A stretch of 64,000 bases of DNA. It comes from Octopus vulgaris. Taxonomy: Eukaryota. Location: assembly GCA_951406725.2 (NCBI GenBank), contig OX597839.1, positions 11,408,001-11,472,000 of the forward strand. The letters are read 5' to 3'. Position numbers and translations under genes: made by a program. The number at the start of each line of letters is the position of its first letter. Within the stretch, counting starts at the first letter, position 1. The notes beneath the pieces are model-generated. The model was not told the DNA's origin and searched no databases. It saw only the letters and a program-made list of their open reading frames with translations. This document shows, in pieces, positions 37,511-50,024 of the stretch.

Positions 37511-38214
37511 ATATATATATACATATATATATATACATATACATACATACACACACACTCACACACACACTATCCTCCCCCTGTAGTTCTTTCTACAATA
37601 TAGGAGAAAAGCTTCTGTTATCTACCTACATTTCCAATCCTTCTCTCTGTCTCTCTTTCTGTATAATACATATATGGTTTGTGTGTGTGTGTATGTGTTT
37701 GCGTGTGTGTGTGTTTGCGTGTGTGTATGAAACTGATCCAGTGACCTGTTACTTTACTCCAGAGTTACCCCATGTTGGTTCCCCAAACTGTTCTCCTTCC
37801 CTATATATGTGAAGAATATGAGTGTGTGTGTGTGTGTGTAGTTTACCTGTATTTCAAAGAGAAGGCCTTGACACTTTCTGGGTCATGCTGAGTCTATCAG
37901 AGAACTCCATAAAGGGTGTGTGTGTCCTTGGAGTGCTCAACCACTTGCACGTTAATTTAACAAGCAGGCTGTTTTGTTGATCGGCTGGACTAGAACACTC
38001 ATTGTCACAACTGACAGAATGTCAGTTGTGTGTGTGTGTGTGTACATATATATTGAGTTTCTTACAGTTTCTGTCTACCACTTTTATTTTTGCCTGGGTC
38101 TATAGCGGAAGACCGACAAGGTGCTGTGATATAGGATCAAACTCAAAGCCGTGTGTGTGTATCAATGTTGACAACACCTCTACATTGTTTGAGTAAAACA
38201 GTGATATGATAAGC

Positions 38215-38770
38215 AAAATCAAATTCAATGACTGGCGTCTGTGCTAGCAGGGTGCAAAGAGCACCATACGAGCGTGATCATTGACAGAGCGGCTAACCGG
38301 CTTCCGTGCCAGTGGCACTTAAAGGGCACCATTCGAGCGTGATCATTACCAGCATCGCCTTACTGGCACTTATGCCCGTGCTAGTAGGGTACCAAGAGCA
38401 CCATCCAAGCGTGATCGTTGCCAGAGCAGCCAACTGGCTTCCGTACCAGTGGCACGTAAAAGGGCTTAATTCGAGCATGATTGTTACCAACGTCGCCTTA
38501 CTGGTACCTGTGCTGGTAGCATGTGTAAAAGGATTCGAGTGAGGTTGTTGCCAGTACCGCCTGACTGGCCCCCATGCTGGTGGCACGTAAAAAGCACCCA
38601 CTACACTCTCTGAGTGGTTGGCATTAGGAAGGGCATCCAGCTGTAGAAACTCTGCTAAATTGAGATTGGAGCCTGGTGCAGCCATCTGGTTTGCCAGCCC
38701 TCAGTCAAAATCGTCCAACCCATGCTAGCATGGAAAGCGGATGTTAAACAATAATGATGATGATGATGTT
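38215..38770 (+). mobile_element. Long family C retroposon with internal ~65-bp tandem subrepeats
   Basis: Repeated GCACCAT.CGAGCGTGATC.TT.CCA units, then the family C 3' end and (GAT)n. Confidence 0.75.
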
Positions 38771-38995
38771 AATATCACTACTGGCCACATTATGCTTTTG
38801 AAGACATTTGGAATAAAAAGATTCCTTACTTGGGAAACAGCTAAGGGTTGACAAGAGGAGAAAGGGAATTCACCTGTAAAATCCTACCTCAAATATGTCT
38901 CCCTCTGAGCCATGGAAGCATGAAAAAACAAGGCTGTTAAACAAATGAAAAATGAGGGGTTATCTTCTATATTTTACTTTTCCCAGGGTTTAGTC

Positions 38996-39590
38996 CAGTG
39001 GTTCTCAACTGGGGTCTGTATGGCCCTTGGGGATCCATATAAGATTTTATTGTTGAAATTTATGTGAAAGAAACTGGTTATACTTCTACAATGCACAAAA
39101 TATTTTAACAATTTAATTTCTGATTATAAAAGATAAGATCCCCTTCAGACACGAATGACCATGGGATTGTACCTAGAAAGTTACCCTCTGAGGGACAAAT
39201 CTGGGTAAGGTTGTTTATGGAAGACCAGCTGTCACCCATGTATACCGGCCTTGCTCTCCACATCATTGATGTTATCCGAGGGAAAGGCAAAGGCCGATAC
39301 ACATTAGCACCAGTGATGTTTGCAACTCATTTCTACAGCTGAGTGAACTGGAGCAACATGAAATAAAGTGTCTTGCTCAAGAACACAACACACAGCCCGG
39401 TCCAGGAATCGAACTCACTACCTCATGATAGTGAGCCCGATACTCAAACCACTGAACAATGCGCCTTCACTATTCCTGATAATACTTAATAATAAAAATA
39501 TATTAGAGGGTTTTAGACAGCAAATGGTTATGGGGATCCCACTAAGTGAAATAGGAATCAAGAGTGTCCACAGGTAAAAAGTGGTTGAGC
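38996..39590. mobile_element. hAT-like MITE family H with a nested minus-strand SINE (about 39135-39472)
   Basis: CAGTGGTTCTCAAC left end; the nested SINE has the family M head but a different 3' tail. Confidence 0.6.
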
Positions 39591-39651
39591 AAATAGATCC
39601 CAGTATTTATTATATCAGTCTCGTTTTGCTGAACTGCTAAATTATAGAAAC

Positions 39652-40155
39652 ATGGCTGTGTGGTAAGAAGCTTGCTTCCCAACTACGTGGTTCCTGGTTC
39701 AGTCTTACTGCATGGCACCTTGGGCAAGTGTCTTCTGCTATAGCCTCAGGCTGACCGAAGCCTTGTGAGTGGTTTTGGCAGGTGGAAACTGAAAGAAGCC
39801 GAGGCGGCGAGCTAGCAGAATGTTAGCACGCTGGGCGACCTGTTTAGCAGTATTTCATCTGCCATTATGTTCTGAGTTCAAATTCCGCTGATGTTGACTT
39901 TGCCTTTCATCCTTTCAGGGTCGATAAATTAAGTACCAGTTACGCACTGGGGTCGATGTAATCAACTTAATCCATTTGTCCTTGTTTGTCCCCTCTGTAT
40001 TTAGCCCCTTGTGGGCAATAAAGAAATAAGAAACTGAAAGAAGCCTGTCATATATACACACACACACATTCAGCAAATGAGACCAATAGAAACTAAAATA
40101 CTTCAAGTTGATGCCCTAGCGTGGCCACAGTCTAATGACTGAAACAAACAAAAGA
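39652..40155 (+). mobile_element. SINE family A with nested SINE family B (39801-40030)
   Basis: GAAACTGAAAGAAGCC is repeated on both sides of the B copy. Confidence 0.8.
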
Positions 40156-40189
40156 TACACACACACATACACATATGTAAAGTGTAGGT

Positions 40190-40600
40190 GTAGCAGGTGT
40201 GGCTGTGTTGTAAGAAGCTTTCTTCCCTACCACATGGTTTTGGGTTCAGTCCTACTGCATGACCCTTTGAACAAGTATCATCTACTGTAACCCCAGGCTG
40301 ACCAAAATATTGTGAGTGGATTTGCAGATAGAAACTGAAAGAAGCCCATCATATTTATATGCATATCTGTGAATGTATCTTTGTGTCTTTGGTGTTTGTA
40401 CCCACCACCACCACCACCACTTGACAACCGATGTTGGTTTGTTTACATCCCTGTAATTCAGCAGTCCAGCAAAAGAAACTGATTGGATAGGTATTAGGCT
40501 TAAAAATAAATACTGGGCTGAATCTGTTTGACTAAACCCTTTAAGGTGGTGCCCCAGCATGGCCACTGTCCAATGACTTAAAACAAATAAATGTAAAAGA
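40190..40600 (+). mobile_element. Older SINE family A copy
   Basis: Diverged but colinear with family A. Confidence 0.7.
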
Positions 40601-40779
40601 TATATAGTAGTACTAGCACCAGCATCACTACAGTCTACGGTACTGCTTGTCGTTGTACTAATGCTACCGTAACGACCTGCAACAGTAATAATACACCCCT
40701 CTAAAAAGATGGAGACGAGGTGGTCACAGCTGGAATGTCTTTGATCATAGGTTTGCTTGATCAGGGCTGACCCGGAGCG

Positions 40780-41511
40780 AAAACTACCACAACACCTAGC
40801 AGTAGCTGCATCACGGCCACTGCCAGCGTCACATTCAGCAGCGGCAACAATAACACTCTCTCCTCCCACCACTACTAATGCTACCACTGCAACCACCAGC
40901 ACTAGCAGTAGCAGCAACAGCAGTACCACCACTACAAACACCACCGCCAACACACTGGCAACGCTACCACTGCCGCCACCACTTTTGATAACACAGCTAC
41001 CAACACCACGACTACCACCTCTGACAACAGTACTCTCCCCGCTACCATCATCACCACCGCCACCTTCAGCAGTGATAGTAGTAGTACTACTACTACTACT
41101 ACTACCAATACTACCACTCTAGTGAGACAAACACTGAAGTAGCATTTCTGACAGCCATCCATTTGGTTACTACTACTACTACTACAGCTAGCAACAGTAG
41201 CAGCAGCTGTAAAAAGTAATTCCGCTGTTGTAGGCTACTACTCTCAGACGGGATGGGCAAGGATGTAATACCTTTAATCACTGGGGTTGCTCAGTCCAGG
41301 TACACCTAGAGCTAAAACAACAGCCATGTCTGGCAATGAGGGAACCCTCAATCTGTGAGAAGAGAAGGCAAAAAAAAAAATACATTGTATAATGTAGCTC
41401 TCTGGTGGGCTGGTCATGGCTGGTGTGTCTTTGTTCATAAAGTCTGTTTGGCAGGTTTGACCTGCGGTTAAACAACAACTACGACTAGCAGCAGCAATAA
41501 CTGTAGTAGTG

Positions 41512-41566
<55 letters not shown>

Positions 41567-41744
41567 CAGCAGCAGCAGCAGCAGTAGTAGTGGTAGTGTC
41601 AGCAGATTTGCTGCAACTGTATGTAGATCTGAATGTCTTGTACAGCTGGTCGTGGTGGTGGTGGTGGTAGTGGTCATAAATTTAGTGGTTATTGAAGTAG
41701 AGGTGGTAGTAGTGCTGATCATAGATCTAGTGGTTCTTATTGCT

Positions 41745-41775
<31 letters not shown>

Positions 41776-42100
41776 GGCTAATAGATCTGACAGCCGTCTT
41801 AGAACTGGTGATTGTAGTAGTAAAAGTGGTAGCGGCCATGTCTTGTAGTGGTTGCGAAGGTAGTAGAGCTTGAGGTTGTTGTGGTAGTGCAGTTAGTGGT
41901 TGTGGCAGTAGTGTGGGTTTGGTAGTGGCATAATGGTGGTGTCTGTGGTAGTACTACAGTTGTCGTCATGGCGCTACTTGTTCCAGCTGTAGTTTGTTGT
42001 CAGACGTACAGTTGACGGTGGTGATGGTTTTTTCCGAGATGGTATAGCTGTGTGGTGGACGTAGTACTGGCTGTGGTGGTTGGTGGTTGCAGTTGCAGAT
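40780..42100. repeat. Trinucleotide low-complexity region ((ACT)n/(GTA)n/(GCA)n/(GGT)n)
   Basis: Directly visible; gives the poly-T/V/L/S ORFs. Confidence 0.85.
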
Positions 42101-42179
42101 CTAGTAGTAAGCAGCAATCTCTGTCCACCTTCTGCCCACACATACATGCACAAGCGCACACACATACACACACACACAT

Positions 42180-42212
<33 letters not shown>

Positions 42213-42917
42213 ATGGAGACTTGGAGATTGAGGAAGTGTATAGTCTTCTGTACAGATAGGTCTACCTCTTCTTCTCCTCCTCCTCTTCCCACTTCTCTCT
42301 CCTGCTCTCCTCCTCATCCCTCTCCTCTTTTGTAATCACAGTTACTCACCCTCCTCCTCCTCCTCCTTTATCTTGTTTCTCAGCCATCACAAAAGACTTT
42401 TTATTGATTCAATTCCTCCTCACCATGCTGCTACTACTACTACTACTACTACTACTATTACTACTGCTGCTGCTACTACTACTACTACTACTACCACTAT
42501 TATCACCACCACCACCACCACCTCAGTTCTGTCTTGCAGCAGAGAAAGTGGATAGGAAGATAGCAAACTGATGAGACAGCTGTGTATTTGAATAGATGTG
42601 TGTATATGTGTGTGTGTGAATGTTTGTGTGTGCATTTGTATGCTTATATATCTGTGCATGTATCTAGACATGTGTGTGTGTATGTGTGTGTGTGTGTGTG
42701 TGTTATGCACATACATCTGTATGTGTATCTAGACATGTGTATGCGTTCGGTCTATGTTACACCTAAGCCTTTATCAATTTGATCCACAACAGCTTCCGTT
42801 TACATCATGCAGTGTGTTCGCTGCACTGCTGCAGTGTCTATATAATATTTCACACACAAACACACACACACACACACATACACATGCATGCACACGTACA
42901 CACACTTCTGCAAGAAC

Positions 42918-42948
<31 letters not shown>

Positions 42949-43622
42949 CACAACATTCATTCATGTGTGCACATGTTAACACAGCCATGTACATACGCCT
43001 GCTCAGTTGTGTACACTCACATACATGCACAAATATATGTACACGAGTGCATGTACAAACATAATGCACACACACACACACACATATATACTCACAGATG
43101 CACATACCCACATACACACTCACACACTCACACAAATGCAATTACTCGAGTTATACCTCCTTCTGCTTGGATCATTATTACAAATTCTGTCCAACACACT
43201 AAATATTTGTTGAGTGTCACTTGACCTCTGTCTGTATGTCTATATGTGAGTGAGTGAATGCGTGCGCATGTGTGTGTGTGTTTGTGTTCTGAATGGATGT
43301 TTCTAGAACATCACCCACCCCACACACACACCCACTACACACACCTTTCTTCCTCTTCTACATTGTATTTGCCATCTATATCTTATTGTAGCTCCATCTC
43401 CTATGCTTCACAGCTAGCCGCTACACCTTCTGTGAGAGGAACGAAGAGCGGATGGGGTTGAGAATTTTGACCTAGCAGGATCTCTTCTACCCTCTCTCTC
43501 TCTCCCCTTAACGGCAAACCAACAAGAAAGCTTTCTGCCTTCATAAGTGGGTCAGAGGCTCACATCTGGCCCATGCATTTCACATGAATGCCCTTTCTAA
43601 CACCAACCGCTCTACAAAAAGT

Positions 43623-43929
43623 TTTGTTTGTTCCTTCTCGAGCCACGCCTGGCTCATAAGGGCCGGTTTCCCAGTTTCCTTGGCGTATAGGTTCCCCACC
43701 TGGACGGGACGCCGGTCCATCGCAAGTGAACTGCAAGATGCAGGAGGAAAGAGTGAGAGAAAGTTGTGGCGAAAGAGTCAGCATAAGTTTCGCCATTATC
43801 TTCTGCCGAAGCTGTGTGAAGCTTAGGTGTTTTTGCTCATAAACACACACATTGCCCGGTCTGAGATTCGAACCCGCGATCCCTCGACCGCAAGTCCACT
43901 GCTCTAACCACTAGGCCATGTGCCTCCAC
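43623..43929 (-). mobile_element. tRNA-headed SINE family N, tail type 1
   Basis: Minus strand TGGCCTAGTGGTTAGAGC A box and GGTTCGAATCTC B box; flanked by a 96-bp direct repeat. Confidence 0.8.
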
Positions 43930-44690
43930 ACAACAAAGCTTTCTGCCTTCATAAATGGGTCAGAGGCTCACATCTAGCCCACACATTTCACATGAATGCC
44001 CTTTCTAACACCAACCACTCTACAGAAAGTACTGGGTCCGATTTATCATGGCACCAGCAACTAGTTTTCTGCTGTATTTCTCTTGAGGCTAAGGCCATTG
44101 TAGAAGACACTTACCCAGGGTGCCATGTGGTGGGACTGAACCTGGAGCCACATGGTTGAGAAGCAAGCTTCTTACCACACAGCCACATTTGCACCGGTGT
44201 TGAGGATTTCTTTACAGTATATCCATGTTAAGGAAGATATACAAATTGCTATTCCGAAATAACACTGCTTCCATTGTCAGTAATGAGTTTACACCCTGTT
44301 GTCTTGAGAAGAGAGACGATTGGTCATAGCTAAAGCATCTTTGATCATCGGTCTTTCAGTTTCTGTCTGCCTAATCCACTCAAAAGTCTTATTGGTCCCC
44401 CAGGGGCTTCAGCAGAAGATGCTTGACCAAGGTGCCATGCAATGGGGCTGAACCTGAAACCAAGTGGTTGGTTACCACACAGTCATACCTATACATTCTA
44501 TTTCTGAAAAAATCAAAAAATCATTGATCTTAGGCCTGTTCAGTCAGACTTGTCCTAGGGCTAAACAGCAAAATTAATATCGATAACAAAGAACAGTCTG
44601 GGATCAAGCTAGCATTGTGACCTTAGTCAAAATATGTTTATTGCTGCTCAACTTTGATCTCACTTTCTTCCCTTCTTTCCTCTCCTTTCT

Positions 44691-44726
<36 letters not shown>

Positions 44727-45001
44727 CACAGACACACATATTTTTTATTTTTCTTCTGTGTAACAGAAATCAATGAGAAATAGGTTTCACATTACAGAAT
44801 TTCCTGATACAGAAGGATGCAATACTTCTGTAGTGTAGGAGATACCTGTGTATATATGTGTATGTGTTTGTGTGTGTGTGTGTTTGTGAAGATATATGGT
44901 CTCACAATTGTGAGATTGTGGTTTCAATTCTCAGACCAGCTCCATGCTGTGTTCTTGAGTGAAACACTTTGTTCCATGTTGCCCCAGTCCACTAAGCTGC
45001 A

Positions 45002-45072
45002 AATGGGTAACCCTGCAATGGGTAACCCTGCAATGGGTAACCCTGCAATGGGTAACCCTGCAATGGGTACCC
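45002..45072 (+). repeat. 15-bp tandem repeat (AATGGGTAACCCTGC) x4.5
   Basis: Perfect units, each containing the near-palindrome GGGTAACCC; expanded from a degenerate SINE core. Confidence 0.9.
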
Positions 45073-45138
45073 CTACAAAAAAAAGTAAGACAAAATCAAA
45101 TTGCATGGGACTTCTTCAAGATAGCCAACGTTCTAGAG

Positions 45139-45339
45139 CAGTGCTTTTTAAACTTTTTGCTGGAGCGGAATCCCAAGGAAACATTCCACTGGCTCGAGGA
45201 ACCCCTGTGCAATAATTTAATAGTCTTATGCACACATATCTGCACGGGAGAATTAAAAATTACTGCCGACTTTAGCATTTTTGTAACTTCTTGCGGAACC
45301 CCTGGACTGTACTGGCAGAACCCTGGTTGAAAACCACTG
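45139..45339. mobile_element. hAT (Charlie-like) MITE
   Basis: TIRs CAGTGCTTTTTAAAC and GGTTGAAAACCACTG; 8-bp TSD TTCTAGAG/TCCTAGAG. Confidence 0.8.
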
Positions 45340-45999
45340 TCCTAGAGAAACCCATTTCAAGAACACTGCATTCAAAGCAAAAGAGAGGAATTTCTTCTGA
45401 TAGTGATGAAAATTAGTTTGGTTATTTTCAGCATTGCACAGTTGAACTCTGTCAGCTGCCATATGCACATCATCATGTGTGTGTTTAGCTAATGTTGTGT
45501 GTGTGTATGTGTGTGTTTAGCTAATGTTGTGTGTGTGTGTGTGTGTGTATAAATACATTTATTCTTAACTCTTTTCAAGTTCCTATCACTTTTGCTCATT
45601 TCCATTCATTTTTCTCTCACTGCTTGGCCCAACTTAACTTGTCTATTTTTATAGTATCTTAAATATATGTTTTTCTTCGGCTGTACCTTACTACATATAT
45701 GCCAGAGATATATCCTGGAAACTTAGAGAGAGAGAGAGAAAGAGAGCAGAGACTCTGTGTGTATGCATGTGTGGTGAATGAGAGTTGAAACCATTATGTA
45801 GAATATCTTACTGACTGCGCATTTCATAGCGAGATGATTGTAATCTTTAATGGGTATTCAATATGTCGGTGTTAGTCTCTATATACATACATATATACAT
45901 ACATACATACGCTCGTACAATGTGTTTGAGGGTAGTTATGTAACACCTCATGGGGCATATGAATAAATTCTATACTGTTGTATAAGAGAGCTGAGCTAA

Positions 46000-46038
46000 A
46001 TATATATATAATATATTTGTATGTATATATATATATGT

Positions 46039-46086
<48 letters not shown>

Positions 46087-46119
46087 ATATATATGTGTGT
46101 GTATATATATATGTGTGTG

Positions 46120-46201
<82 letters not shown>

Positions 46202-46217
46202 CATGTATATATATACA

Positions 46218-46249
<32 letters not shown>

Positions 46250-46275
46250 CATATATGCATATGTATATATATATG

Positions 46276-46342
<67 letters not shown>
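46000..46342. repeat. Long (TA)n-dominated microsatellite
   Basis: Directly visible. Confidence 0.95.
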
Positions 46343-46344
<2 letters not shown>

Positions 46345-46421
46345 TAACATGTTGTGTATGTTTATTTCATACATTAAAAATATAATAGTAGTCATTCATA
46401 CTCACTTATACTGAAAGTGTG

Positions 46422-46453
<32 letters not shown>

Positions 46454-46774
46454 CAGAAACAGAGACAGAGTGAGAGGGAGATGAATCCCTCCCCAGTCCA
46501 CTACATTACTGCTGTTTCAGCAGCTACTGAAACTGCTGAATTTTTGTGTAGGATGTTGCTGTGTGTTTAAAAATTAACACCATGGAGAAATTATATGAAA
46601 CCAGTGGTACAGTCCATTTATACATTGCTTATAATCAAACACATACATGCATACATACACTCATGCAGACATACGTACACACATATACATACATATACAC
46701 ATATCTTTTATTTTTATCTTTTACTTGCTTCAGTCATTAGATTACAGCCATGCTGGGGCACCACCTGGAAGAAC

Positions 46775-46937
46775 TTTTAGTCGAATGGATCAATCCCAGT
46801 ACTTATTTTTCAAAGCCTGGTACTTATTCTATCAGTCTCTTTTGCCAGACTGCTAAGTTATGGGGATGTAAACACACCAGTATCAGTTGTCAAGCAGTGG
46901 TTGGGTGACAAACACAGACTCAAAGACATATACACTC

Positions 46938-46986
<49 letters not shown>

Positions 46987-47455
46987 TTCAGCAAAATTTA
47001 GATTCAGATGAATATGGTACTTAAGTCAAAGGCACCAGTATTTTGTATGGTATTATCTATATAAATCCATGAGGTGATTACAATCAAAATAAGCAACAAG
47101 TATATCTGATGTAATGTGGCAAATGAATTAGGGATAAGAATGTGCATTGTCCGGTTGTCTGGAAATTTTCTAAAAGTGGCTGAAGATTGCTCGATATTTT
47201 AAAACTGATGTAATGCTTACAGTGTTTAATAAAATGAAGTAGCATGAAACGATCGTACCACATTACCTTGGATATACTTGTTGCTTATTTTGATTATATA
47301 TATATTGGATGGGCTTTTTTCTATTTCCATCTACCAAATCCACTCACAAGGCCTTGGTTGGCCCTGGGCTATAGTAGAAGACATTTGCCCAAGGTGACAT
47401 ACAGTGGGACTGTGGTTCGGAAGCAAACTTCTTACCGCACAGCCACACCTGTTCC
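46775..47455 (-). mobile_element. SINE family A split at its (TA)n linker by a HH1 element (46985-47296)
   Basis: 3' half at 46775-46935 and 5' half at 47308-47455. Confidence 0.75.
47176..47261 (+). ncRNA. Type I hammerhead ribozyme motif (family HH1, second copy)
   Basis: gtgg-CTGAAGA-ttgct-[loop]-agcat-GAAA-cgatcg-TA-ccac; compensatory changes relative to 22861-22954; U-U mismatch at 10.1-11.1. Confidence 0.75.
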
Positions 47456-47903
47456 TATACATCCATACACATATATGCATGCATGGTCCCCAGTTTAACA
47501 TTACCATCATCTCTACTACTGCCAGCACCACCTCTGCCTTGTTCTCGAGTACCCTTATCAAAGTTCACTCTGTTACAATGTTTGGACCAGGTACCCCCAT
47601 TCCCTCACTACCTTGAGTAATTGACTGTTCAGTCAGGACACCAGGTTCATTGATCGTACCTATCAGGGCTAGCTATTTTCCTTTTTTCAGTGGATTAGTC
47701 AGGGGTAATATTTTGTACCTATGGTCAATGCTGACTGTTTTAGGCAGGTGAGGTCAATATGCTCAATGTTCCTATTGAACCATTTCCTGTTGGCTAATTA
47801 CAGGAAAAACACAACTACATAGGGAAATTCGAAGGGTTGACATTCTGGGGAAGAAGTATTGGGTGTAGGAGTTAGCAAGGGACCTGTGTTGAAGATGGTT
47901 TAA

Positions 47904-48290
47904 CCCTTTTGTTACCAACCCAGCTGAAACCGGCTCTGACTCTGAGTACAAATGTCTTGTTTTCATAGGTTCTGAATTAAAATCTTCCACCAAACCTTAG
48001 TCACAATTTATGTTTGTAACACTAGCTTAACGATAACTAAGTTATTTTACTAAAGTCTTTGTTATATTTAAAGTAACTGAAAGAAATACAGAGCATCTCA
48101 ACAGAAATAGGGTAACAAATGTCGTGTTTTCATAGGTTTTGAATTCAAATCTTCCACCAAACCTTAGTCACAATTTATGTTCCTAACACTAGCTTAATGA
48201 TAACTAAGTTATTTTACTAAATTCCTTGTTATATCCAAAGTAATTCAAAGAAACACAGAGCATCTCAACAGAAATACGGTAACGAAAGGG
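47904..48290. mobile_element. piggyBac-like MITE family E with internal ~165-bp tandem duplication
   Basis: TTAA on both sides; 13-bp TIRs CCCTTTTGTTACC and GGTAACGAAAGGG. Confidence 0.85.
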
Positions 48291-49188
48291 TTAATACAAT
48301 ATAGGTGACAAGAGAAAGAAGAGAGACGTGGGAGAAATACCTGGGTAGAGGAGGCACAAGATGAACCAGTGGGGAAGAGCAAAGGCCGCTATAGTAGCAG
48401 TAGAAAACAGAACAAGAGGACACAGTATGTCTGTTAATCAGAAGCTGGAGTCTGGTGGTGTATGATTTGTGAATATTGTCTAGCATATACAGCGGCAGCA
48501 ACTGCTACTTACATTGTCGTTGTAGACAATTTTCTGCTGTTATTAAATATATAAAATTATAACATCAAAGAAAAAATTGGTTTTAATTGTTATTTATAAT
48601 TATATCAATTTGAATGTAGACACATGTATCAAAAAAAAAATGATGTATTTTAAACTTAATAAACAAACCATGATTTATAATATGTAATAGGTTGTGCTGA
48701 ATTTGTATGTGTCTATTATTATTAATAATAATATTTGTAAATGTTGTCGTTTATTAAAAACTAATCTTTTATAATAATGGGATTATCATTTAAGAATTCG
48801 TGAATGATATTTTGAATAGGTTGATTTAATATGCAGTTATTTAGATAATTTGATAAATTTGAGAAATATAAGTTGATGCTAGATGTTGAAGTGTTATCCC
48901 ATTGTGGGTCTCAATTAAATCTCATAAACAGCTAACATCTCACTGAAGCCTCTTCTGGCTCAAAGAGGAAGATCAATCCTTGGGATGCAGATTTTGCTGT
49001 GTTATATATGTGAGATTGCAAGGAGACATCCTCAATGACAGTAAAATTTGGCATTTTGTAATCATTTTGAGGGTTTTCTGCTGCATGTTGTCTGTGGCTT
49101 GGGTAGTAATATTCAAGCCTGCTTTCTTAGTGTTGGTACTAGTGAAGACATGGTACTAGTGAAGGCATAGTACTAGTGTTGGTACTAG

Positions 49189-49775
49189 TGAAGGCATGTG
49201 GCTTAATGGTTAAGGTATTAAAAAAAAAAAAAGAAACAAGAATAAAGGCGGCGAGCTGGCAGAATCGTTAGCATGCCAGGCGAAATGTGTAGCCGTACTT
49301 CGTCTGCCGTTACGTCCTGAGTTCAAATTCCGCCGAGGTCGACTTTGCCTTTCATCCTTTCGGGGTCGATAAATTAAGTACCAGTTACGCACTGGGGTCA
49401 ATATAATCGACTCAATCTGTTTGTCTGTCCTTGTTTGTCCCCTCTGTGTTTAGCTCCTTGTGGGTAGTAAAGAAATAGGTTAGGGTATTCAGTTCAAGAT
49501 TGTAAGGTTGTATATTTGATTCCTGATTGTGTATTGTACTCTTGGGCAAGTTACTTCATCTCATATTGCTCCAGTCCACTCAGCTCGCAAAAACGAGTTG
49601 TACCCGTAAGCCAATGGGCCAGCTTTCCACATTGTCATGCTGAATCTCCCTGAGAGCTACATTAAGAGTATGCATGTCTGTGGAGCGCTCAGCCACTTGC
49701 ACATTAATTTCACAAGCAGGCTGTTCCGTTGATCGTATCAACTGGAATCCTCGTTGTCATAACTGACGGAGTGCT
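49189..49775 (+). mobile_element. SINE family M with SINE family B (49247-49477) inserted in its head
   Basis: TSD-like GGTTAAGGTATT (49208) and GGTTAGGGTATT (49478). Confidence 0.8.
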
Positions 49776-50024
49776 GGCGCCAGTCAATGTGTGTTGTGAT
49801 TATCAAATTTGTTGAAAAATACAAGATTGGTAAAACTTGATCTCGATCAGAGAATGTTCTCAAGGTGTCTGTTCATTGAGGTAGGACAGGTTTGACTCAG
49901 AGTATCTTAATTGCATGAGGTCAGAGCTTGGAGGTGTGTGGATCATTAAGAAGGACTGAAGTCGGTCGTATTATCTGCATAGGTCTTGTTGTTGTTGGCA
50001 GTGAAAACAAGTAGGACATTGATG

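Noticed and set aside
38255-38560. Regularly spaced repeats reminiscent of a CRISPR array
   Set aside because: The intervening sequences are themselves related, the units are internal subrepeats of retroposon family C, and the context is eukaryotic with no cas genes.
40282-41873. 223-aa and other poly-Thr/Val/Leu/Ser ORFs that look mucin-like or membrane-like
   Set aside because: They derive from trinucleotide low-complexity DNA and run through SINE sequence; no splice or domain evidence.
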